Source: Enoplolaimus lenunculus (Eukaryota). From it: a DNA stretch of 64,000 bases. The translations under genes were made by a program, and so were the position numbers. How positions within the stretch are numbered: position 1 is the first letter of the stretch; the number at the start of each line of letters is the position of its first letter. The DNA is taken from the NCBI GenBank assembly GCA_030248215.1, contig JASANG010000245.1, forward strand, positions 248,001-312,000. The letters are read 5' to 3'. The notes below the pieces were generated by a model. That model had not been told where the DNA came from. It was given only the letters and a program-made list of their open reading frames with translations, and did not search any database. Below are positions 49,601 through 61,979 of the stretch, in pieces.

Positions 49601-52555
49601 TGTATTTCAAGTGCAACACTTATTTGTGGTTGACCCGATATGATGTCGTTTCCCCGGATACCGGCGCCAAATAATAAATGTTTTACCGGACCCGAATGTT
49701 ATTCGGATACAGCTATTAAATTTTAACACTGGTATGGGGGCAAGAGAGTCAGCGCTCCCCGGTAACAGGGAGCCACCGGATATTAAATTTACCGGCTCTC
49801 AGAACCAGATAGTAAAATTATACCGGAATCGGAGCCGTATGCTAACCGCTGGATATACGATCTAAGCGTGTGTGTTACTAGAAGTAAGTCATCCTAAAAT
49901 TTGTATTGGATTTAAAATTATTTATTGGCTTGGATTTTTTTATTTCATGCCAATGTGCGGTCAATAGCTTTGCCGCGGTTATGAATGAATTTTAAATCAG
50001 CGCCGGTATTCTCAAGTAAATGAGCGTAGCATCTATCGCCAGTTGGCTATAAGATGTTTAATTATTGAACCAATGAGTGGACAGGTTCGAAATTCAGCAG
50101 TTTTTGGACTTAGATACTAAACTACTATAATCTTTGCAATTTAGTGTTCCACATTTGCATGAGTTCATCAGCATGGTTACATATCGCGAACTGGTGAGAG
50201 GTGCTATACGAATTTGAGAATACGGACAGGGTTATAGTGTAATATAAGAATATTTTGTATTAAGAAAATTAACCGAAACAACATTTTTTGCAAAGTTTAG
50301 CTCGGAATATTACCAACTTTTATGGTGGTAAGTAATCGTTGTATTTGTGTTCTTGTAATGTAATGTAGGCAGTTGTGTTTGTGTTTTAAAGGTGCAGCCG
50401 GATACCGAAATACCGTTGCTGGAAATTTGGTTGCGCTGTTTCCTTAGTGTTTTTGTTTTAGTTTCACGATATTTTCTACATTTTCTATCGTTTAGTCTAG
50501 CCGTGACGGCTAAGTTAAACCTCTTTATTTTGAGTTTTCTGCTAATTTCATATCTTTCAAGTTTTACAATTTCAGAGCAGTAAGTAGAATGAGAAGACCA
50601 GCGGTTTAAGTATAGTGTGGTTTTAGTTCGGTTCTGTGTCTGTTTCTGTTCGCTGTTCATATCGTCGTTAGTGTACTTTAAATGAACCGCGCTATAACCA
50701 GCGTTCTGTCGTTTAATGGTTCATTGTACCTAATAGGTGGTTGCTTATACTCAATTAGTCGCAGGCAGAATTAAGTGCAGTCGCGAACAAAACGCGGTTG
50801 TAATCGCGATTGCATAAACGCGACTGGCCGCGACCGACATTCAAACGCGTTTATAAAATCGCAACCGCAGACGCAATCGCGATTACTACGGACTTACTTG
50901 TTAAGCCTAAGCCTAAGCACTAAGCATAAACCTTTCTGTCCGTGACTGTATGTAATTATGTAAATTATATAAATGTTTGAATAATGTGAATAATGTTTTG
51001 TGTTGATTTAAGATGGCTTAATCAACTTGGTTTGGCTGCGATTGGATTTTGTGGCAGTTATCCAGAATTGGACGATTCAATGTATGGTAAGTTTTAGCAT
51101 CACAGAATAAGCCCTGTGTATTGTATTGTTTGATTTTATACTCTGATATTATGCATAAGGGTACAATACATGTGCCCATACTAGTCAAAATTGTTGCTAA
51201 CTTTGAAATCCCCGATTATAATTATTGAGATGTTTTATTAACACATGCTATCACACTTCATACACTATCTCTTAAACAGTCCCCACTTCACATCCCGGCT
51301 TTGTGTAATTTAGTACGCGGGCCTCTTTGATACTTATACCTTGAACAGTGCCCAAAATAGTACGTATCTGGGGCGTTGCAGCTTTAGTAATATTGATATA
51401 TAATTGACTTTGGTTGTTTATCTTTAATTTTTTCGAAATGATTCCGTTTCAGGCTTTTATTTTCTCGACAATAGCCAGTTGTCGTCCTGCTCGATACCGT
51501 CAACCCCTGAAGATCGACGTCGATATTTGTCGTCAGCAACAACAACGCCAAACCCTTCGCCGTTGTTTTCAAGCTTCAGTGGTGCGTCTTTGCGTCCCAA
51601 AACCGCTGGTACTCGGCCTGCACTTAGTGCAGTCCTAGTTCCGAAGAATGAGGCTAATGTTGCAGTCTGTAGTAGTACTGCGGCTGTAGCTCCACCGTCA
51701 GCAGCGAACGCAGTTTTAGGTAATTCAAGAACGCGAAATCATTATAGCGAGTCAGTGCAACACGCGAATGTAATTCGAACCGGGACTGGTTACAGTAATG
51801 GGTCAGATGCGGCAGAGACGCTACTGCATCTGAACTCATCTCTGCCTGCAGGTATTGACGCGGTACCTGAGAGTGATAGTCATGTTGAGGACCTGCATGC
51901 TCATAGTGAGCAGTCCTCTGTGGATTTGATGGATGAAGGACCGGTACAAGTTAACGAATCAGAATCTGATCTTGTTACGCGTGGCAATGTACGAACTGAG
52001 ACTAGCGCAGTTTTGAACTCTGATGATCGGCAGGCGCGTGATCGTGCAGAAATCGGTCAAGTTCATGGGGAAGGTAAGATTCGGCCTCGTCCTAGTCGAT
52101 TTTTGATACGAGATAGTGTTGACAGTACAGATGGCGTCGATGTGCCAGATTGTTTAGATTTAAGTGAAGACTCAAGTGACGGGAAATCAGCCGATGGTGG
52201 AAATAATATCGTTGTAGAGGGTCAGAAACGTCATAGTGTGGAATTTGGTGTTCGTATGCAGGATTCGAACAAGAGCGCTGTCGCAGATGCAAATGGAGTC
52301 ACTGTGGTCGTGATCGATTCGTCTAGGCATAACAGTACCAGTGATGCGTTAGATGCTTCTGTTACTATCGGCGATGGAATAAGCAATAATTTGACTTTCC
52401 AAAGTACAGCAAGCGAGAGTCCAACAAAAACTAACTGGGAACAACCAGACCCGGATCAACAAAACAGCAATGACGTATTTGTGCAAAACCGTAGTGGCGA
52501 GCATAAAAGAAGTGGAAGTTACGCGAACATTACACGTGTTGAAATACCTGATTGA
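28650..52555 (+). CDS. cnk: Connector enhancer of KSR (CNK/CNKSR) scaffold, SAM-CRIC-PDZ-PH; 21-exon model, ~1977 aa (~1507 aa without exon 15)
   Basis: Exons: 28650-28725, 29999-30162, 30401-30591, 30766-30889, 32245-32367, 32940-32999, 33909-33977, 34416-34933, 35442-35614, 36232-36324, 37074-37386, 38187-38392, 38958-39196, 39775-40239, 42524-43933, 46043-46221, 47276-47477, 48169-48251, 48863-48931, 51013-51086, 51453-52555. All are GT-AG and phase-compatible, 5934 nt in total. SAM: [142 protein letters not shown]. Confidence 0.93.
28906..29965 (+). mobile_element. DINE-1/Helentron-like non-autonomous element with central minisatellite, in CNK intron 1
   Basis: Subterminal inverted repeats attgagcgaagctcg (~28908) / cgagctttgctcaat (~29913), a (gtcy)n microsatellite at ~28973, and about five tandem copies of gcgaggaatctgaataaattgtttacaaac..gttagctaatag (29100-29900). 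Partial copies near 46340-46690 and 62485-62680. Confidence 0.75.
44105..44173 (+). CDS. cnk: Candidate alternative 69-nt CNK exon (FSCFLRHALSRKEQKLNAIAFLK), a paralogous copy of the 3' end of exon 15
   Basis: It has a gttcag| acceptor and an |gtataa donor, phase 0-0 like exon 15. Codons 44123-44173 align to 43883-43933 with six synonymous differences. Confidence 0.55.
44683..44741. repeat. Two-copy tandem repeat ttactaaaaatgcttgatgatgatgatga
   Basis: Directly visible duplication containing (gat)n. Confidence 0.85.
44920..45094 (-). mobile_element. Non-autonomous Helitron, same family
   Basis: The minus strand reads A|TCtatatattaaagctggaacgcc ... tttgcgcattgcgcaaaactggcagaCTAG|T. Further 5'-end fragments lie near 51345-51400, 63025-63065 and 63350-63400. 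Confidence 0.85.
48454..48770. mobile_element. Foldback MITE with long TIRs; related copy at ~21108-21418
   Basis: aagagtgcatgatacaagagtatgcaac is inverted at gttgcatactcttgtatcatacactctt; cacga/tcgtg ends. Confidence 0.75.
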
Positions 52556-53022
52556 ATAGTTTTGATTGAACCGGTAGGTTGTATGTTTTGTGTGCATACA
52601 TCGATTCTAAATTATACAGTTTGTTGTTGTTCTTTCAATGTATCGTTGAATTGTTTAACTCATCAGGGTGTTTGGCGATTTTTTTCAATGCGTCTCTGGT
52701 TATTTAGCGTAAGACACGCTAAAATAATGCTTTTTTATACGCTGTATAGTAGATTGTTCTATTGTTTCTCACAACAGGGCGAACATGATTCAAAGTACGG
52801 TCAAACAAAGCGGGTTTGAAAAGACTACAAAGTTTAAAAGCGATGAGCGTTTGATTAAACCGGCTCCAATAAATGCGCGCCAGCGATCTGTTTGACGCAA
52901 CGATGTATTGTCGCTGCTCAATCCAATTATTGTTTCGTCCTGTGACACTGGCCGTATGGGTATAGGAAACTATGTTCTTTCAATTTTTGGAATTTTTTAT
53001 AATACGGTTTTTCTAATGGTTT

Positions 53023-53340
53023 TAAGGTTGCGCTATACTTGTCGTGCGGCGCCGTCTGTCACGCGTACGGCGCCGTCCGTCACTAAACGGTATCGTACGT
53101 GAGTTATTTGCGTACGATGCCGCACGGTGACGGACGGCGCCGTATAGGTGACTCATGGTGAAGGGCGGCGCCGTACGGGTGACGGACGGTGACGCACGGC
53201 GCCGTATAGGAGACAGACTTGCGTACGATGCCGCCCGGTGACGGACGGCGCCGTATAGGTGACTCATGGTGAAGGCCCCAAAACCACAGACAGACGGTGA
53301 CGAGCGGCGCCAGAGGTCAACAAAAGTACCGCAAACCCTT
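53023..53340. repeat. GC-rich element built of cggcgccgt palindromic units with short inverted ends
   Basis: Repeated gacggcgccgta / cggtgacggacggcgccgtataggtgactcatggtgaagg; ends aaggttgcgctatactt / aagtaccgcaaaccctt. Confidence 0.7.
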
Positions 53341-54879
53341 GGTTTATTTTATTGTTTTTCGTATTTATAATGATGAATAAATACGCATATAGTTAATGTA
53401 GTTGCAGTTTAGTAATGTATTGTTATTGTTGTAAAATGCTCAACACGAAATTGCCTAATAACTGGTTGTTTTTGTTCTATTATTAATATTTATGCAGGAA
53501 AATGAGAACTAGTTTGTTTGAATTCAAATATAACGCTGTTACAATTTCGTCATCCACAGCCGCTAGAGTTGCCGTGGGACAGAATTTTTTGCCGTAGCCC
53601 GCGACCCAGGCTCAGATCTTGGCACTAGGGCCGATACTAACCGGGTCAATGAATGTTCCATAAGGATGTGTATATTTGTTTTGTCATTTATTGTTGGACA
53701 AACATGGTTTTGTTGACAAACGAAGCGTTGAATCGAACTGAAGTTGAATATTTGATATGTTGTAACGTATACGCAAGTACAATGTTTTATAAAATACATG
53801 GCTAAAACAATCGATTCTTCAACTTTTCAATATGCGTCGAGTTTAGTAAAGATTACATTAAAATGATTTCAAGCGTTGGCACCAATGCCGGAGCCAGGTC
53901 CCCGGCCATCTCTAATAAGTAAACGTGAAGCAGGCTGGGGGGTGCTTTTAGTAAGTGGGAGACCCGACTGTCCCATTATACGAACCCCCAGATATGTTTT
54001 GCATTAAAGTGTACAAGAAAGACACTTGTCATTGAAAATGTACACGGTCACAGTGGGCGCTGATACAGTGTGCAATTTATTGAAGTTCCAGGCAAAGGTT
54101 AATGATTGGAGTAGAATATTTTTAGCCGTACGTACAGAAAAAACAGCGGTCCATGATTGGTTAAGCTAATTGTCCATATACTGCTTGGTTTTTTTGTTGT
54201 CAAATATTCCATTCTAACCAGATTTGAATCGGATTCGAAAAAAGTGTATGAATTTTTGCTGGTTCCGTTTCATTTCGTAAACTATAAATTTTGTAACTGG
54301 TTTCATGACGGCTTTTTGCTTAAGCTCCTGCATAGCAATTTTGGCGTGGCATCGTTGGGTCAATTTGGAAAAATTCCATTTTATACGTTCGTACGCCAGT
54401 GAGTTGTATTAAAATATGTTTATATTTTATTGTACAGTAAATAATTATTGATTAGTTCGTGTTTTGATTTCGATTTGCCAATAAGACATTAAAACAGTAC
54501 CTAAAATGAAGCTATCGCATTTCAGCTTATCGTTGACGAAACGTTTTTGTGGATTTCAGCGACTACAAATTAAGACCTGATTTTGAGAGCGAGCGATCGC
54601 CTGAGAGGTAGTAGCATTTTCGCGACAATATTTAAAGGGGGTAATGCTGTATGTGATGGTGCAACTGGGATTCCAATTTACCGGAACCGGAATTCGTTTG
54701 GCACAATTTTGACGGGTGCATCGGTGAATTCGAAGTCAAAATTTCTGGCGTTTATATAACGTGCTATTCAGCGGGTTTCTTTCTTGCTTAGCGGTCATTT
54801 TGAATCGGATAAATTTATTTTTATGGTCATCTGACGTAAAAATAGTGGAAAAACTTTATCGTAGGAAAGGTTTGGACGA

Positions 54880-54990
54880 AAACATTTTTTGCTTCGCTTA
54901 AGCTCAGGCTTAGGAATATGCTCATTTTTGTACGCTTAGGCTTAGGAATATGCTTATAATACTGTTCCTCCCCTGTTCTTTATATTGGCC
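54880..54990. mobile_element. TTAGGC-bearing MITE, right half
   Basis: ggcttaggaatatgctcat motif and right TIR ctgttctttatattggcc. Confidence 0.7.
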
Positions 54991-55193
54991 GGGGTTTTTT
55001 TATACGGTACCCGCAAAATATACATCTCGTAATGTTGGCTGAAGTTTTTGTATATCGTACAGCTATTATATGTATTGAACCTCATAGCAATGATGCGAAA
55101 ACGAGGAATAATTGTTTCCGTGCTGTCAATTGTAGCGGTTGGAACTACACTGTCTGTACGAACGACTACTATTCGAAGTTTTGCACAAAGTTA

Positions 55194-55268
55194 TGGTCCA
55201 CAACAGGAATCGAACCTTGGCCCTCTTGCACTCGACTTAAAGCAGGCTACCACTACACCACGTGGTTG
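55194..55268 (-). pseudogene. tRNA-derived element (pseudo-tRNA or SINE head)
   Basis: The minus strand has A box TGGTGTAGTGG and a perfect B box GGTTCGATTCC; no convincing anticodon arm. Confidence 0.55.
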
Positions 55269-55355
55269 TTGTAACAACTTCTTATACCAGCATATGTGCA
55301 CTTGCACATGTATAGCACTCTTTTTGCTATTTACATACACTTAGTGTATACTAGT

Positions 55356-55789
55356 GAGGGTGTAACCGGAATTCCGGTTGCGGGTTTTTTCACCTTCCGG
55401 TTCCGCTTCTGGTAAATTTTTGCCGGAATTAAAAGTTACCGGAGGTTAAATTTTGGCTGTTTTTAATTTGCTAATCTTTACGAAACCGTTTAAAGATACT
55501 TGTTCAATTATTGATCATAAAAATAAAATGGATTTAAGCCTTGACAATTATCGAAAATTAACCATCGAACATAGATTTCGCTTCAGTGGATCAGGAAAAT
55601 CTAAAATACAACAGATTGAGCCGAATACAGTAGATTGAGTCGATGCCTATCTTCAACCAAGGGAAAAGGAAAATTAAAATAAGCTAAACTTTTCGGTGAC
55701 ATGTATTTGTCACATTCCGGTTTCGGATCCATATCCGTTAATTTTTTCAAATTCCGGTTCCGGTAAATTGTCATTCCGGTTGCACACTG
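55356..55789. mobile_element. hAT-like MITE, same family as 28006-28400
   Basis: gagggtgtaaccgga...tccggttgcacactg; shared internal sequence. Confidence 0.7.
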
Positions 55790-56081
55790 CCGGCAGTAGT
55801 CATGCTAACTGACAGAATTAGGATTTGTTTTGGAGTCGCGGCTTCATGCGTAATTTCTGGTTTAAAAAGTAGCTTCGGTTATTTTTCGGCAGTCGCTAGG
55901 TTTTCGTAGCCGGTTCATGTAAGATTTCAAAATTACACCCTATGGTATACAGGTTATATACCTTAGCTTGTATAGCATTCGAACGATATAATTTGTCGGG
56001 TTTATAATTGCACTTGCTAATTTTGGCTTGTGTACGACTAGTACCAGCACGCGTAACGTTACTAGTTTTCAACTTAGTGTT

Positions 56082-56235
56082 GGCCAATGTAAAAATCAGG
56101 GGCGGAACGTTTTTTCTATGCGACAAGAATAGAGTAAGCTTATACTTTAGACTAATTTTTTTGCGTGGCTTATGCTTAGGCATAGGAATATGCTCATCTT
56201 TCTGTTTAGGCTTAGGCTTGGGATTATGCTTATTA
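56082..56235. mobile_element. TTAGGC-bearing MITE, one end missing
   Basis: Left TIR ggccaatgtaaaaatcaggggcggaacg plus ttaggc units. Confidence 0.7.
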
Positions 56236-56371
56236 AACATCGGTTTTTTCCGGTTTATTTCCGTTTTTGAGGGGGTGGAAAAATAGGAAAAAACTTTTTT
56301 ATTATAATCTCAGTAAATTACATGCAAAACGGTGATAAACATCGCGGAAACCGTCAGGAATAAGTTTTTTG

Positions 56372-56549
56372 GGCCCATGTATAGAACAGGGCCGGATCGT
56401 TTTCCTAAGGGCTATAATAGACTCCGTTTAAGCTTTAGATCAATTTTTTTGCTTAGGCTTACGAATAGGCTCATCCATACGCTTAGGCTTACGCGTAGGC
56501 TTAGGAATATGCTTATACTACTGTTCTGGCTCTATTCTACACATGGGCC
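56372..56549. mobile_element. TTAGGC-bearing MITE with 8-bp TSD
   Basis: TSD gttttttg at 56364-56371 and 56550-56557. Confidence 0.88.
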
Positions 56550-56599
56550 GTTTTTTGCATGCTCCCGTAATCGCGAAGGTTGATGTACTGTGGAGGAAT

Positions 56600-56748
56600 T
56601 AGTGGCGGATCCAGAAAACTCTAAAATGGGAGGCAGCACGAGATATAGTGGAAGCACTCGCGAGCGAAACGAGCCAGGGGCCATACGTCATTTAAGTGCT
56701 AAACCTCGAAATAAAAAAATCTTAGTTCCCCCGTTGGATCCGCCAGTA
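56600..56748. mobile_element. hAT-like MITE (TAGTGGCGGATCC termini)
   Basis: TIRs tagtggcggatcca / tggatccgccagta; flanks ggaggaat / gcaggaat match 7 of 8. Confidence 0.75.
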
Positions 56749-56773
56749 GCAGGAATAATTGGATAAATGCGTT

Positions 56774-59700
56774 TCATAAACATCTGGAAACACCCAGGAA
56801 ACACATGTTTTCGACTCCGACATCTGGTCGATCCGATGCCAATTCATTCCGATAGCTGATAGGCAATTTAAACTAGAAAAATCTAATGGGTGGTCCAAAC
56901 AACTTGTGTGTAATGATGGTGGGAACGAACTGTAATGTATTAACCTACATTTGTAAGAAAAAAACCTGAAAACGATAGTAGGGACCAGATCTGAACCTAA
57001 TAGCGGAGGGTAGTTTTTCTGGTCGACGAGTTGCCGTACCTACTGGCAGATGGCAAGTTGTCGAATGACGAGTACTGTTATACTTAGTGACAGGCTACAA
57101 GTTCTCGGGAAGACGAGTGGTCATACATGTTGGCAGGCGCCAAGTTGTCGGGTTCACTAGTGGGGTAATACCTACTTTTAAGGTGACAAGTTATCGGGTC
57201 GACGAGTTGTCGTGTTACCCGTTTTGTTATGCCAAGTGCTACACCCACCTGTCGAGTCGATGTGCCAAAGTTTGGCTGATCGATGCAGTGTAACACTCCT
57301 TGGCTGTGTATGATCGAAACATTCGTTGAATCGTTCCGAGTGTCGACCGTTGACAGGATGGGGTGTTGACTGTTCAACTTAGTGTCACAGGGGTGACACA
57401 GCTATAAAATGCATAAAATACGTAGAATCATGAATTGGGGTTACGAAACAGTTATGGGTATGCTGAACAATACTTGGAGTGGTCTTTGACAGTTGGTACG
57501 GGGGTTACGTTAGGATTTGAGTGGAATTACAATGCAGGAGTTGTAGAGTAATAGTTTGTCTATAAGACGCGGACAGACACATCTACTGTAGTAGTTTGAA
57601 CATCACAATTCTTAGAAAGGGTGAGTCCATCAACTAAACAGTGCGGTCAACCGTTTATTCAAACGAACTATCATTCGGTAAGGTGTCGAATCGGCTAACT
57701 TATATTGAATTTTTAGCCTGTTCTTCGGAAATATCTGTAAATTATACGTATTAATGTAACGCGTATACTGCATTTTTTGTGGTGGCTAGCGTAGGTTTAG
57801 CAATTGATTTTGAAAAAACATTTTGCCAAAGTTTACGTTTTGGGTTTTAAAAGCGTATTCAAAGGGTTAATCTATACGTAATCCGTTTAGCGGGCACGTA
57901 GCCAAGGGTGGACTCAGCACCCTTTGGAACCACTTTGGCCCTACTAGTAGATTTTCAACCTTGCTTGTAAGTCATTGGAAACGTTTAAATGCGTCTCTTG
58001 GTAAATTTTTGGCCCCCCAGCAAGTTGAGCTGGCTACGAGACTGCCGTTTAGGCTAACATGATAAACTAAGTTCAAATGGCTTAATAGCAGGTTGAGGTT
58101 AGCTTTGTAGAGTAACGTATGCATTAGTTTTTTAGTTATTGTAGGTCACTTTCTGCTTGTGGTTAAAATGCAGATATGGATAGCTAAGGTCAGCTGGCTA
58201 ACTTTTTGCTACAGATTAAAAAATGTACCATACACTTTTACATTTTTAAGTATACTGGTTGAAGCAGAGGCGTAAGTGGGTAAAGATTTTTTGCCCGCGC
58301 TGCGCTTTACCCGTGGAATTTTATTTTTTACCCGCGGGTATGTCGGCGCAAAATTGTTTTACACAGCCTTCGAGTTACGTTACAAAAAATTCTTTATTGG
58401 TAACTTTCGAAACAAACCATTAAGCCAAAAAATGTAACACTGGATAATTTCGCTCACCACATCTATCACAGATAAGATCAGTGAATCAAGTACAAAATCA
58501 TTGCAGTTAAGAGCGTATAAACCACACGTTGTCTGGTCGCAATTTGTCTTAAGATCTTCAGAAAAATAGTGAACATATTGTTCCAAGCCAAAGAAAAATT
58601 TAACCTCTATAGAAACGCGAAGACTGTCGGCTCGGCAAATGGCATAAGATAAATTGTTGCTACTATTCAAAAAGCCGCCAATATTTTTCGATTGAACAGG
58701 AAATTTCAGGAGTGTAATACTTATTTTTCACTCATACGGCAAAACAGTTTAAAAATTCAAGTTTTTGAGCATTATCTTGTTTCAAGTTTCTGATGAAAAG
58801 TTTAGATTGGTTAAAGATTAACATATTTTTACTTGCAATTTAAAATTCTTTACTCGCACTTTGAAATTGTTTATCCACAGGTATACTCGCATCAAAATTT
58901 TCTTACTCAACCCGCGTTTACACCCGCGTAGTATACAGCATTGGGTTAAGGCAACTGGCTAAGCGAGCCGTTTTACCGTGTGATAGGTTAAAAATAGAGC
59001 ACAAAGCAATGAAAAATCGTTGTTTACTGTAGTCTTACATACAGCATAGGACCGCTTCTATAAATGGGTCTGCTTGATGGCTAATTGGCCAATTAAGACA
59101 GTGGCTGTTCTTGTTACATGACACCAAAATAGGTTTTTTTCCTGCTTTGTTGGCCCATGTTACTTTAAAGGGTGTCCAGGTTTCTGGTGGGTCTATAAAA
59201 GTGTAGGATTAGATTCTATATTACATATTTTTGTTTAGGCTTAGGTTTAGGCTTAGGAACACATTCTTGCAACGCTAAGGCTTAGGCTTAGGATATGCTT
59301 AATCTACTGTTACGCCCGTTAAAGTAACATTGGCCGCTTTGTTGGTGTTGTATCTTTGTGTTATCCGCTTACATTTCCTGTATCTACTTGAAGCTTAATC
59401 TTCTGGTATGACTTAGAAAACGGGTGGCGATAAAATTGGGATCAAAATTTTAGTTTCAGTCTGTTCTAAACTGAGACTGCATAAATGTCTTTGGACGCTA
59501 TGATCGGAATCAAAAGTTTACCAAAATCCTACGGATTATATGGATATTATAATCTGTAAGCATACCGTGAGCATAAACTGTTCGCAATCAAATACGTGTG
59601 CTTTTGGCTTTTAAGATTAGTCGGAGGATAAATTGCAGTTTGGGGTTTAGATTGCGTTTTTTCTGGTCTTTTCTTTTTTGTTTATGAGATTGATCGCCGT

Positions 59701-60962
59701 TTATATGTATAATATACACATATCTAATGTCTGTATATTATATATATAAATATATATTTACATATATTTATATATGTATATATATAAATATATATATAGA
59801 TATAGATATATAGACATATATGTATATATAGATATAGATATATATAGATATATATGTATATAAATATATATAGATATAGATAGATATATAGATATATATG
59901 TATATATGTATATATATAAATACTTGAGTGACTGAGTAGCCTTTTATGCAAGATATATAGCATAAGTTTCTATACTCAGCATTTGAGACATATATTTTTA
60001 GACGATTGTAGAGCAGAATAATTTAAATTGTAGGCCTTTGTGTGCATATTTTATGCCACAATAAAACATATATTAGGGTGGCAAAAAAAGTTCGGATTCG
60101 GATTAGGCAAAAATTAGCGGTTTGGAATCCATTGTGAAAAAAAACCGAATCCATATGCCAAATATCAACAATGTTCCGCAAAATGTTTTTTTTCGGGTTT
60201 AAACAATAAAAATTTTAATCAGCTTGTTATATTTATCAATATTTATTGTGACAGGGCACAAATCTAAAAGTACCGAGGTCAGGTCGGGCACGAAATATAT
60301 TAACGTTTAAAAGTGCGTTCGGCTGGCATTGCGTCGATATTCTGAAACTAATTCTCGATATATTGGAAATTGGCGAAATATAAAGTTCGAATTTGGATCC
60401 GGCAAATTAGCAATGGATTCAGATTCGGGTTTGGTCAAATTGTAGATTCGATGGCACCACGGCGTTGTATGGTTTAATTCGTGCGTAAAGAAATATGTAA
60501 TAGTTCGTTATAGTAATGTTCATGGCGTACATGATACTTTAATTATTTACCGCTCGTTGGCACGCGGGTTCATATTGCGTAACCGTGCCAACGTACGTTT
60601 TAGCTACTGGTTCAGTGAATTTTTTGAATTCGCTAAGTTGGTGGTATGAACGTGTTGCATACATAAATACGTATTTTTATGCAGCTAATATGGATTTGGC
60701 CTAACGAAAAGCTTATACGCAGGCTATATCAGAAAAAATTTGTTATGATATGGTAAGGTCCATAGTTTGAAAGTTTTTTTAGTTGGGGGCCAAAAATTGC
60801 GGTTGACTCATTTTTCGCTACGCTCACAAGATTTCTGTTACTATATACTACACATACCTTTAAAAATATGGACGGGATGTGCGGATTTGAATGCCAAAAA
60901 TGCAAGGATAGGGATTAAATGGTTGCGAAAATTCAGGCCGGAACAGGAAGTCAGGTGGAGGT
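56774..60962 (-). CDS. Possible minus-strand gene fragments (exons 60858-60962, 58458-58606, 56774-56872), product unknown
   Basis: Three segments with GT-AG boundaries join in phase (1 then 0) into one open frame ending in TGA. No domain is recognisable, so this may be chance. Confidence 0.2.
59152..59335. mobile_element. TTAGGC-bearing MITE with 8-bp TSD
   Basis: TSD gctttgtt at 59144-59151 and 59336-59343. Confidence 0.9.
59700..59922. repeat. (TA)n / TATAGA compound microsatellite
   Basis: Directly visible. Confidence 0.95.
60074..60461. mobile_element. hAT-like MITE (ggattc subterminal repeats), copy 1
   Basis: tagggtggca...tggcaccacg; colinear with 60987-61351. Confidence 0.7.
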
Positions 60963-60986
60963 CTGATATATACACAGTACACACCG

Positions 60987-61351
60987 CAGGGTGACAACAA
61001 AAGTTCGGATTCGACAAAAAAATTTGCGAGTTGAATTTGGATTCGGATTCGGTTGTGAAAAAGCCGAAACCAACAGTGTTGGGCAATATGTTTTTTAAGT
61101 TTTAATCAATAAAAATTTTAAACAAATCTTGTTATATTAATAGCAGATTTTTGTTTCAGGTTACAAATCTCAAAACTGAGGCTGGGCACGAAATGTATTA
61201 ACGTTTAAAAGTTTACAGTTGCCATTGTGTTGATATTCTGAAACAAATTGTAGATATAACTGAAATTTGCAGCATACAACATTCAGATTGGGATTCGGCA
61301 AATTAGCAATCGATTCGGATTCGGTCAAATAGTCGATTCGGTGCCACCCTG
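60987..61351. mobile_element. hAT-like MITE (ggattc subterminal repeats), copy 2
   Basis: cagggtgaca...tgccaccctg; colinear with 60074-60461. Confidence 0.72.
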
Positions 61352-61679
61352 GTGCATAGACATGTGCTTATATTTGCTGCTTTTGGCAGTTATAAAGTCA
61401 GTAGGCAAACAGTGATATAAACGCGGGTATTAAAGTGAAACCCAGTCCGGCAGAATGCAGAAAGTGGACATTCCGGTCTGATTAAATTTTTGCGATGATT
61501 CTGGTATAATTTCAATGTAGGAATATTTGTAGTTTTCCGTAGTTGCATATCGTTCAATAATTTGTTATTGCAAAACAGTTATGGACAGTTTGTCGATTGT
61601 GTATAAATAAACGCAAATAAATAAGTCTAAGTTAAACAGTACCGTATAGAGCCCCCTTTACTAAAATTGAGGTGCGGAT

Positions 61680-61753
61680 GTGCGGTGGGGCTTGAAGCCT
61701 CGACGTACGGATTACCGGTCCGCTGCTCTATAACCACTGAGCTATGAGCAGCC
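61680..61753 (-). pseudogene. tRNA-derived element (pseudo-tRNA or SINE head)
   Basis: The minus strand has A box TAGCTCAGTGG, stem-loop gcgga-ccggtaa-tccgt and a degenerate T arm. Confidence 0.5.
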
Positions 61754-61793
61754 ATGCTCACGTTTCGATACAATGGATCTACATACGGTATGT

Positions 61794-61979
61794 GGCTCAT
61801 GTATAGAACAGGGCTGGAACAGTAGTATAAGCATATTCCTAAGCTTAAGCGTATATGGATGAGCCTATTTCTAAGGCTAAGCCTAAGCCTAAGCAAAAAA
61901 TTGGTATAAAGCTTAAACTGACTCTATCATAGCCCCTCCGGAAAACCATCCGGCCCTGTTCTATATATGGGCATGGGCC
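61794..61979. mobile_element. TTAGGC-bearing MITE
   Basis: TIRs ggctcatgtatagaacagggc / gccctgttctatatatggg; flanks cggtatgt / acgtatgt. Confidence 0.85.

Noticed and set aside
51479..52555. Stand-alone 358-aa gene (also ORFs at 34437, 39778, 42515)
   Set aside because: Each has flanking splice sites in phase with the CNK model, so they are CNK exons.
59724..59963. 79-aa YIYI-rich ORF
   Set aside because: It is a translation of a TA microsatellite.
61680..61753. Functional tRNA-Thr(GGT)
   Set aside because: C in place of the invariant U33, a broken T arm and no acceptor stem.
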